This document shows positions 53,841-64,000 of a stretch of DNA of 64,000 nt, piece by piece. The first letter of the stretch is position 1. Every line of letters begins with the position of its first letter. The stretch covers positions 21,982,150 through 22,046,149 of the forward strand of contig NC_134026.1 of NCBI RefSeq assembly GCF_964204645.1, given 5' to 3'. The position numbers and the translations under genes were made by a program. Origin of the DNA: Tubulanus polymorphus. Taxonomy: Eukaryota > Animalia > Nemertea. The notes under the pieces were generated by a model that saw only the letters and a list, made by a program, of their open reading frames with translations, was not told the origin of the DNA and did no database searches.

Positions 53841-56800
53841 ATGACATATTTCTTGAAAAAAGTCTGAAAATAATTTCAGTTTGTGTTTCGGGTTTTCATG
53901 TCCTGCGCTAGTCCCAAGATGTCAGATGGTTTGACAAAGGATTTTACCCACTACCTATCTACTAAAATCGACAAACTATGCTCGGACAAGTAAGAAACCT
54001 TGAAACCGTTTTTTGAACATTCAAGCATGATCAATAACATCCTAGCAATAACGTGGCAGTAACCCGATCGGTCTACCCGTATACCACATGAATCTAATCG
54101 TAGTTTTATCGAGACAATTTTCACCGTTTATTAACGATCGAACATCAAAGATAATCACAATTAGACCCGAACAGCCCGAAGACAAAACTACACAGACAAA
54201 CAGAATCAATTCAACGCACTAATCAATTCGATTCCTTTTATCCCGCATAAGATTCTACAATAAAACGGTACTCCGACATAGACAATATACAAGTGCATTT
54301 CAGGAATCAATCCCAATATTCAGGGTGATTATGAATATCATGTATGTATCTTGAAGTATGACGTTGAAACTGAATAACTGCAGAATGGCACTTACGTCAG
54401 ACGTGTGATCAGAATAGCTCATGTTCGTCTTAAGAAACTAAAAGGATTCAATTAGGTTCTACCCGGAAAAGAAAAAGATGCAACACCGATTCGGAACTAT
54501 GATGTAAGGAGCATTGCTGATCTAATGGATGATGAGGATGATAAAGTGAAAAAAATTGAGAAGCGAGTAGAAAAACATTTCCATGTATTATCTGTATTAT
54601 AAGTAATCTGTGAAACGTAGATGAACAGCTGCATATTTCCTAAATTCATCTAAGGATATCTCATTAATCTTCAATTTCATCAAACTTTCAGGGGATCATA
54701 CCCCCTTTCACAGGAGACTTGAATTTCCTTTTGAAAACACTCACAAATTTCATATTCCAAAATTCAATAATGTATGTTAGTTAGGCTGAAAGGCTGTGTT
54801 TCTAATAAATAAGCCTTCATAGCATAAATCCATGCCATAACTGACTAAAACATTGCTAGAAATGTGCGGACCCAATCAAATTTGTTCCAGTGTAAGAATT
54901 AATCACAAATGAATTACAATTTCTAATTGGCTAATGCTGGATATTGTAAACCGGGTTTAAGCGGGTTAGCCAGGTTTTCTAGCGCAGCAGTCCCGTCAAT
55001 GCCATTAGTTAAAATTGATGAGCTCTCGGCTAGAATTCAGCGCCAAAATAGATATCCATCTTTCAGCGCTCAACCGGGTTCAAGGGATATATGTAAGTTC
55101 ATAGACGAGACACCTAATCGAACTGTATTATATCGACACCGCGATCCAATTACCGAAGTCACGTCTCGTTCTCAAATCTCTAATCCATATCATCGATCGA
55201 CTGAATTTTAAGACCCGGCGCGATCCCTCTCGAGCGCCGGAGACGTCACTCAATCTCAACCACCCAGCGCGTTCTCAATCCACGGAAAAACCTCCCAGCG
55301 CGCGCAGCCGCCCGAATTTCAATCCGCTTTAGAAACCGGAAAATAATCCGCACTTGTTATTATAGTGAGATGACAGGATAAGCACAAGTGTACACTTTTC
55401 AGAAACACTGAGAGTTTCTCTCTTCCGCTGAAAGCTTATTGCAATGAAGCCAATTTCATTTTTTTCTGTATCGATTATTTTCCTTTTGGCCATATTTTTT
55501 ATTAGTAGATGAAAAATTTGACTTTTTATTTTTTTTCCACCGCAACCCTTATTTCTAAGCATAGATATAGATATGATAAATAAAAATAAACATTTCTGAT
55601 CTTTTCCACAGCTACATCATCTTTTGACATCATACACAAAAAAATCACAGTGGACAATCATGGGCTGTGGCACATTGTGTTCTCTACATGGGCAGTCAAA
55701 GGCCAGTCCTTCGGCTACCTTTTTTTACAATGGCACCAGTGTTCTGGACTGGCCTCTTAGATATTGATTGATTTCCTATTCAATAGCCATACCATCATAA
55801 CCAAATAGAAAATGGGTTTCAAAAATTGACAATTCCAAGATTATATTGAATGGTGACTAGCTGCCAAAATTTTGTTGATATGGCAAAAAAATTAAGTTTT
55901 GAATATTTCTTAAATATCTTCTTTGATAAAGACACTTGAAAAAATACATTACACTTTTGACGCACCGCATAGGCAATGAGTTGAATTTGCTTATACATCA
56001 TAAATGCGTACATCATTAAATTGATTTGCTATCAATGCTGTCATCCTTCCCGTAATCTGAACTGCGAACCACTGAATCTCCATCTATCCGACATCAGTGA
56101 CAGCAGTGATCACCGGTGAACTCTTCATCACACGCATTTATCAAATAAATATGAAATGAGACAACGTCCCAGCTGACACTCAGACTCAAGTGTAGGCGTT
56201 TTCAACGATCAATGAACCGATTCATTAAATTAACAACTGCCATGAATCGATGAACAACCAACTGAACATGATTGCGAACTCCTAAATCTGAGAGAAACTG
56301 AAAAATCTATAAACACCAGATTCCTCGTTACTCGTAGTGTTGTGTAATCTAATCATTTGACAGTTGACAGTATAATGAGTTGAGAATCAGAGAAGTCTCA
56401 CAAGAAATATTCTTAGAGAACTTCATATAGTGTAAAATTCATCGACTTCCCCAGTGTTCCAAGCAAGGAGAGGAGACTGCAATTTTCAATCACGTAGACA
56501 ACGACTGTAAGCAGATTTTCAGCAGGGACATCTTTCCACAACCGATGAAAGTAAATGCACCACACCATTCAAGCTCTTCATTCCCTTTATCGTTATCATC
56601 ATAGACAATTCACTTTTTCCGATTTTAGTGTCAGCATTTCTGCATTTAATTTCAGATTGGGGTGTTTCGACTGAATGGCTAAATATCTTTTTGTCAACAA
56701 ATATCCAAATATCAGTATGCTATTCGTTCGGTGGATTTTTTATATGAAGACTTGTAGCTCTTTTGAACGATCAGAGATCTTAAATCATCACATATAACTA

Positions 56801-57367
56801 GCTAAACGGCTGACACCGGGAACAGATATAAAGACGAATTGAGAGATTGAACTGGATAGATCTTTTACAAGGAATATATGCGAACAATTCGCGATGTCAA
56901 AAACAGTAGAAAATCAAGTGATTAATTGCACTATGGGTTGATCATTCTCGTAAGGGATCGATTCGCATTGAGCAAGCATCAGTAATTTCCAGATCGAAGC
57001 AATATGCTAGGCAGCCAGTAAGTCAGCCAAGCCAGTGAAGAAGAAAAACAGCAAAGACAAACCCAAGAGATAAATTATGGCACCAAAGGGTTCCATTCGA
57101 TTTATTGATATATTCAGCAATGAACATCAAAAGGCTACGGCGTAATCATTTGACAATCAAAGCTTTCAGCTGAAACGAAAAAAATATCTGGCATCGTGTC
57201 AACATATTGTTGAATGGTGTCTCGTTACAAAAAACAAATCAGTAATGATGACATGGCATATCGCCTCAAACAACCTGCCAGAACAACAGCCAATATTCAT
57301 AACTCTATAACCCAATAATCAATCATTTCATAAAGGCGGGCGTAGGTCGGCCTTGCGATTCACTGCG

Positions 57368-57540
57368 ACTAGCAGTGACAATCGTACTAGCAATGCCAGT
57401 CGCAATACTACCAACAACGTTAGTCATAATACTACTAGCAATGCCAGTAACAATATTACCAATAATGTCAGTCACGTAAGTAATGCCAGTCACAAAACTA
57501 CTAGCAATGCCAGTTGCAAACTACTAGCATTGCCAGTCAT
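57368..57540. repeat. degenerate 24-bp tandem repeat, about 7 units
   Basis: Unit similar to actagcaatgccagtcgcaatact. It produces the T/S/N-rich periodic ORF in the track. Confidence 0.8.
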
Positions 57541-59640
57541 AATGAGTGGCACATGTTCTACTTTCTGCAACGTCTCTCTCGATCGTAACCAACCTACGTC
57601 TGACACTAGCAACGTGATGATCGGGTATATCAAGGCTGACCTATGCCCAACTTAAGGAATTTAAATATTCGCAAACCCTACAACAATCAAACCCTTGAAC
57701 TTTTAAGAATAACTCTAAGAAAAGATCACAGAATCCCGGGTGCAGGTTCACTGTATGAACTGAATGAGAGGCAAAATTCTCCAAAATCATGACACGTGTA
57801 TATCATGATTATTGGCTTTGCCACAGAACTTCCATATACAAGCTTTTCCAAGATCACCGCTGGCCAGATGAATACTAGTTGCCTCGGGCACGTGCCATAT
57901 CAGTAGCAAACAATCTTGTACATCAGTATCTCAAGGATAAAAACACTGGATGCCAAAAGAGCAGCGCTAAGCCTCCACAAGGAAAATGATGACATTAGCT
58001 GGGCAGATGGGTTAAACAAAGCTTTACCAATAATGTAATCAGGACCGTAAATAATTAGTCATTTCTGATGGTTACCTCAGCCCCAATCTTTACGAGTTAC
58101 CACAAACAGTTCATCATTCACATCAACACTAACTACCAGGGGATGGTCCATATCGAAGACATCTGACTTTAATCTCTACGAATCTAGCGGATAGACAATA
58201 ATGGCGCTGGTTTAATGATTTTGCGATCTGAGAGCTAGTGACTGCACTCGTTGTACTGGTGGCATCAATTCTTTCTTTAAACCGCTTATGGCAGCAATGG
58301 TGATGATGGCGGTATCGATAACCAATGCCGTATATGCGTGTGTGAACTCATTCACCACCTACACCGCGTCCACGACAAATGTTATTTTTTGCAGTCGTCT
58401 CTTTTAAGAACACTGCTACGCGCAACAGGAAATTAAACCATTGAAAGGCGAGTACTTTACATTAGCTACGTCGGCGGCCTCTGCCAGCACGCCGTAGTTA
58501 ACACGCCTTGATGTCACGCGTAGCAATTGCTGATAATCATAACTACAGGTCATAAGCCACGATCACCCAGGTCAAGTTTACCCAGCTTGGACTTGAGTAA
58601 GATCTGAACTTCAAATTTACTTCATTTCGCTCCGCCTGATGTAGTAGAGTTCGCTGACTGTAACCTTTCCACTTGTTAAAAATTGCCAAGTCAAAAAAGA
58701 ACAGGGGACAACTTCAAGCGATTGGTGGTTTTGGTCGGTGATGATCGCGAGATATGCTCAGATCAAGGCAGATCAAGGCAACTGGCTCCAAGTCGTCGTC
58801 AAGTCCAAGTATGACCGAGCTAGCTTTAGACATTTGCTTCGATTATCGTAGCTAAAGAAAATGTAAAACTGTATTACTATGACGTACGTATGACTGTGCA
58901 CCGATAATCCATACTGTAAACATCAGTTACATTTTCTTCACCAGAGATGAAATGCATTTCGAACTGGAAGATGAGCTTCATTATGGATTAATCAATGCCA
59001 CTGACATTACACTTTAATACATGAAGTGACCTTTTATGGTTGGAAGTGAAAAAGCTGGGAAAAAGGAACATATATTAGGCATATACACAGCAAAATCTAA
59101 GATGTGAAATCTATATTCAACCATTCAGACCTTGGAGGCGAAGAGAGGCGATTTAATCGCAGAGCACTATTGGCACATGCCAAATGCACTGCAAACCATC
59201 GGTAAATCTAATATCCGCGCACGCTAAGAATATCGAACACGACATACACGTGACGCATGTAAGTCTACACTCATTGTTGCATAATTACTGTCATTTGAAA
59301 AATCATACGGACAGAAAAACTATACCCTTAACGAAACTCTGGCAGTGACAAGCACCTCGCTCGCGGGCAAACTGAAGCCCGCCGTAATTCGAAGTCAAAA
59401 TCTCATTCGCAACTCGAGGCGAAAGTATTATTTTCCAAGAATTTATGCCGATCCTCACTGGTAAATTCTAAACTGCCACTGACGGGAGAAACCGAGGCAG
59501 TATATCAGTAAAATGGAATCGACAAAAAAAAAATCGAAACTTCCATTTTATCGCCTGATTTTCCTTGCAATCAGCCGCATAGATTAATAGCATGGAAAGA
59601 ACCCGTGTGCTCACCATCACAGAATTCAATTACATCAAAG

Positions 59641-59897
59641 GCTGAGATAACCCGCAGACGATTGGGCCAAATTTGTACAGTCAAATTTTGCCTAATTAGA
59701 GAATTCGTTCACATGCAAACCACTCACTAGATGCTATACAATGCTTTAACGAAGCGAGGTGAATCTATTCAGGAACCTGTAGCAATTCACACACAATGAT
59801 TTGACCCTGTGCTAAAATTTAACTCGGGGCTGGTCATACCTTTTTGGTCGGGCCAAACAGGCACGGGCCCAATCATTCCCAGCTAAATTTGCAGCTA
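59641..59897 (+). mobile_element. MITE family A, degenerate copy
   Basis: agacgattgggccaaattt...gcctaattagagaattcgttcacatgcaaaccactcac...ttttggtcgggccaaacaggcacgggccc. Confidence 0.8.
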
Positions 59898-62467
59898 GAG
59901 ATTGTCTTAAATTAAACTCGACGGTACATTTTCCTCAAGACAATTCACTTTAAAAGCAATACGCATAAGCCAATCTAACAGGTACGTATACTAATTAAGA
60001 TGCTGATTTCAACCATTCACAAAATTTTCACTAAGAAAACTGATATTAGCTAATAACAAAGCCCATTACCAATACATAAACCCACAGACCAGGATCACAA
60101 ACCTCAGAAAGCCCACAGCAATAATTCTAGTCAGAAAACTAAGAAAGAGTTTCTCCAGGGGGTGAAATATCTGTACGACAAAAATATAAAGGAATAATTA
60201 TAGGATTTACAAGATTGAAACCCCGGAGCCCATTTCACAATTCTGGGCCCGAATTTTTCAATCTTGGCTTCGTCATTGTGGGATTTCTCTCATCATCATC
60301 ATACACGGATATTGTGTATCTTCTCGTCTAAACATTCAGAAATGATTAAGCAGAAAGCCAGGTTGCCATAGAGCATTTATCCACCACATTATTATCATCA
60401 TTTTCATCATAACACTGAACTAATAATGCGTTTTACCTTTCGGAAAAAGACCGAATGAATCGGAATCGACGGACTCGCGTGGACATGTCGTTATTCCCGT
60501 AGACTGGTATTGTACATATATAATTGTATGATATCTGGTATATCATATGTAATGTAAAATTTTAATCCAGTCACCGTAGTAGATCTTTACACAGCTGTTG
60601 CAATGTCGCGGCCTAATTAAACGACATTTTAATATATTTCAGTGTATCGAATGTAAAAATGTACACGATTGCTATCTTAACACTCGAAACTGATGAAAAA
60701 TGGATTTAAGTACAAGAGAACTACGCGATTAACGGAGATACCACGTCCAACAAACTGCAATAGACCTCAGTCTTACTCAGTTAATTGGGATTGTAAATTG
60801 ATCACCGAATTGAGAATCGCATGAATTGTGTTCACCAAAATAATTACGGTATAAAAATTCACCTCCACTTTAAAGATTTTTCTGATTTGACCACTTCATA
60901 GAAAAAGAGGTGTTATCTCCATGAAGCTATGAACCAATACACTTATTAATCCAGGCTTCCTACCAATTCAACCTCTTAAGATCATCCTCAACATTGAATT
61001 ACTAACAATGCTTCTAGGAAAGCAGAATGCCTCATCACATAATACTTCAACATGGAAATGAAACTGCTCTCTTTCAAACTGTTCTAATCTACTTCTATAG
61101 CTGCACTAATTATTCACCGGGGGGGGGGGGGTGGCTTGGAAAGCCATCGACGGCGACATTCGAAGTAATTTTTCCAGGTGATAATTTCTCTCGCCCGTAA
61201 AATTGAACGAATTAATCAACTAGAAGTAGAGATCATCATTCATCGTTAGCCGCGCCGTATAGAAGAAGACAACAGCCTTGATCTACACTGGTTTCTCCAT
61301 GACTCCCAATGAAATGACGAAATGAAAGCGAGTTAAATAGCCGTGATATTTCTCGACGCAACGTTCTCTTACGGTCTTAGTCCCGAGATGAGTGCACGAG
61401 TATAAATTTGAAAATCCCCCAACTGTTTAATTGGATTTGGCAGTTGAAAATGCACTGAAATAATGGCCTTACCGTTCTTGAGAATTACTACACCAAACAC
61501 TGAAGTTGTATAATCTATGGGACTCCTTTGTCGTTATCAATTCTAGGGATCTATGAAACATAAGGCATGATGTTCAAATCTCAGTTTCAAGATTTGTTAC
61601 CCAACAAATCATTCGTTAAACCAATATCCCAGTTGATCAGATGCAACTTTGAGCGGATACTACACTTTATAACTGTGTGAGTATACAGGGTTCATAATAA
61701 CAAGGCTGAAGCAAAAGTAAGCATTTCTTATCACTTTTTTATAGTAAAGGTAAGCACATTTTTAAGGCAAAAACACTTTTCTTATCATTTAAGACTTAAA
61801 AACTGCATTCCCTAGTCCGAATCCACAATATAAATTGTTGCATTGTCAAAAGAATAATTTGAGATACTAAATGCCAAAAGTAAATGCTTTGTAAGCATTT
61901 TTTGATCGAAGTTTTGTAATAAATACCTAATCATGAGTAAGCACTTTGGAGACTCGCTATCAATACTGATACTTACAGATATATGCTTTATAATATATTG
62001 ATATTCATATTCATATATTCTAAAGCATCTATTTGTATTGCACCTTGCACATAATGCACGTGGGCACAGTGCCTTAGTAATTTCAAGTACAGCCCTAGGC
62101 TTGCACTGTGTCCCTCATCGTATGTATGTAAAAACTATGTAAACTCCTACATCTTAAAATAATCTTGCATGATATAATGATGAAAAATAAATCATATATC
62201 AATATATCATATAATCTTAAATTACAATTTCCACTCAAAGAAAAAACTACAGCTGCCAACCTCTAAAAGGTGTTATCAAGAACTAACTGAATTCAGTAAA
62301 ATTTCATCGAAATATGAAAGAAAATGTTCAAATTAATCATTAATCAACAGTATTTCAGTAACATATTTCATATTTTAGTTCGCTTCAAACAAATCAAATC
62401 ACTATTTCTCGTAATAAGATAGTAACGAATACTGAATATGATGAACAGTTGGCATCTTTGAACTTAC

Positions 62468-62691
62468 CAAAATCTGCTGGACCGACTGCTCGGACGACTC
62501 GGAGAACGGCACGGCGATCGCGGCGACGGTGAATCGGAAGTGATCTCGATGCGCGGACCAATTTTCAGGTGTGTCGGACGGCATTCGGTCGGAATTGGAA
62601 TTCCCTCGCGTTCCATGTAGCTGTGCAAACGATGGTGAGGAAGCGTTGAGTAATGTTGTAGGTGAGGATGGCGACTTTCAATCACAGGATC
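62468..62691 (-). CDS. Pde4: PDE4 long-isoform N-terminal exon DPVIESRHPHL...MEREGIPIPTECRPTHLKIGPRIEITSDSPSPRSPCRSPSRPSSRSSRF
   Basis: Acceptor tttcatttcag| before 62691, donor TG|GTAAGT after 62468, 224 nt, phase 0 to phase 2, open throughout, internal ATG at 62616. The motif resembles recalled PDE4D7 RPTSLPLKILPLIAITS and PDE4B1 RPTTLPLTTLPSIAIT. Confidence 0.85.
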
Positions 62692-63127
62692 CTGAAATGA
62701 AATCAGATGGCAATTTCAGAAACATTTCCACAAGTTCTTAACCTGCCAATGTTGACACTGAAAATAACCTCTATCATGGCTATGTTGTGAAGAGTTTTGG
62801 GTAAGAAAAATAGATTTTTTGCAACGCACTTTACACACCAGTCATTTTCCTACATTCTATTCAGTGATCCGGTTAAAACATGTTATGTATTTCATTATCA
62901 TATTCCCCTTTTCAGTTACGGAAAAGCATCCATGTAGGCGAATAGAATTGAACTGTATAAATCGTCCAATTTTTACTGCCGTTTGTTTCTTAATAGATTC
63001 TGTTTGATTATCTAGACAATTTTTGCCCTAACTAAATTACCATATTTTAGCATTTTAGCATTCTCATTTCCATCCTCCGTCTTCGACAATACCCAAGACA
63101 GGCGAGTATGATTCCTATTTTACTCAC

Positions 63128-63268
63128 CTGCCTTGTTTATGAGTGAAGGCAACAATATTTCGTTATTTCCCGCAGATGAAACAAATACCGCAAACAGGTC
63201 AAAATGGTCGATTGCTTAAGAGCAGAGATTCAAACCGAAGTTTGACCGCGTACATAGAAGAAAATGGC
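63128..63268 (-). other. candidate non-coding leader exon upstream of the PRIEIT exon (5' boundary uncertain)
   Basis: Perfect CAG|GTGAGT donor at 63127-63122, 436 nt from the 62691 acceptor. Stops in all three frames. Possible tttcag acceptor before 63268, or extension to a TSS near the purine/pyrimidine-biased tract at 63560-63760. Confidence 0.45.
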
Positions 63269-64000
63269 CTGAAAGTTCTCCACGGAAAAAAAGCAATGTG
63301 ATACGCAGCGACAACATTTTATGCAATCCAATAAACGGTGAATCATCTCTCTTGACAGCGACATCAAAGAAAAAGAGAACATTTAAGGTGGAACTAGCCT
63401 CCTCCGGATCCACACGTATGATCGATAGATAACGAGAATAGTTGTTATTAGAAGCTCGGACGGCAATTATCATAAGATGTCACCAATTTTATGAAGTTTT
63501 CTTATTAGACACACAACGCCGGCGATGACGATATCACAGAAAAGGGAAAGTAGGTCGGTGTGCAGAAAGGGGATGGTAGGTAGGTTAGGGAGTGAGCGAT
63601 GGCAGAGGTGCGGGCCGATGCGAAAAAATGATGGGACAATGATGAAAGGGAAAAGAGCAGAGATGAGAGGGAAAGCTAGAGAAAAGTAGAGCAGCAAGAA
63701 GATGGATAGAACAAGAGAAGAAGAGAACGAAGAGTGCGCAATTGGAAAAGGGAGATAAGAACTCAGACGGAAGATATATCAGGTGACTACAAATACCTAG
63801 AGAAGAGACATCAAATAAATGAATAAGCTTATGACATTAATCACACATAGTAAAGATACATACTCAGAAGCGGTCTCGTATCATAACCACGTAGTAAATT
63901 CTGTACCTCAATGATCTCAATAATAAAGTCTCGTGTCGGGCGACAATCTCCCTAACACGCAATTCCACGTTAGCCGGTCATTTATTATTTATCAATGTCT

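Noticed and set aside
57353-57655. Mucin-like nested gene (T/S/N-rich ORF)
   Set aside because: TTG start, no signal peptide, and the periodicity is explained by a 24-bp tandem repeat.
62402-62584. Alternative-frame ORF MPSDTPENW...RFTVA
   Set aside because: It ends in phase 0 at the donor, which is incompatible with the other exons. The overlapping frame carries the conserved motif.

Overview
Animal (bilaterian invertebrate) genomic DNA, AT-rich, with no long ORFs and no prokaryotic features. The whole window reads as the large 5' intronic region of a minus-strand cAMP-specific phosphodiesterase 4 gene (dunce/PDE4). It holds a series of alternative N-terminal exons that all end in a phase-2 GT donor, as needed to join the common UCR1 'FDVENG' exon, which I did not find here and expect to the left of position 1. 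The 20450-20538 exon (MQAEFGDIRDLKAQHSRSIQSRRHTLANLR) closely matches a Drosophila dunce isoform N-terminus. The 62468-62691 exon carries RPTHLKIGPRIEITS, which resembles the vertebrate PDE4D7/PDE4B1 N-terminal motif and contains an exact NFAT-type calcineurin-docking PRIEIT followed by SP repeats. The 50505-50716 exon is a further, unrecognised first exon. There are also weaker candidate leader and micro-exons. The introns contain many non-autonomous DNA transposons: about 12 copies of one palindromic MITE family, three piggyBac-like TTAA MITEs, several Harbinger-like and hAT-like singletons, and Helentron/DINE-like remnants. Also present are a 37-bp minisatellite and microsatellites. Two further observations stand out: an ~840-bp inversion bounded by TTAA sites at a piggyBac-like end, and a quasi-periodic alternation of CpG-rich and CpG-poor tracts. 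All homologies are recalled from memory; no searches were run.
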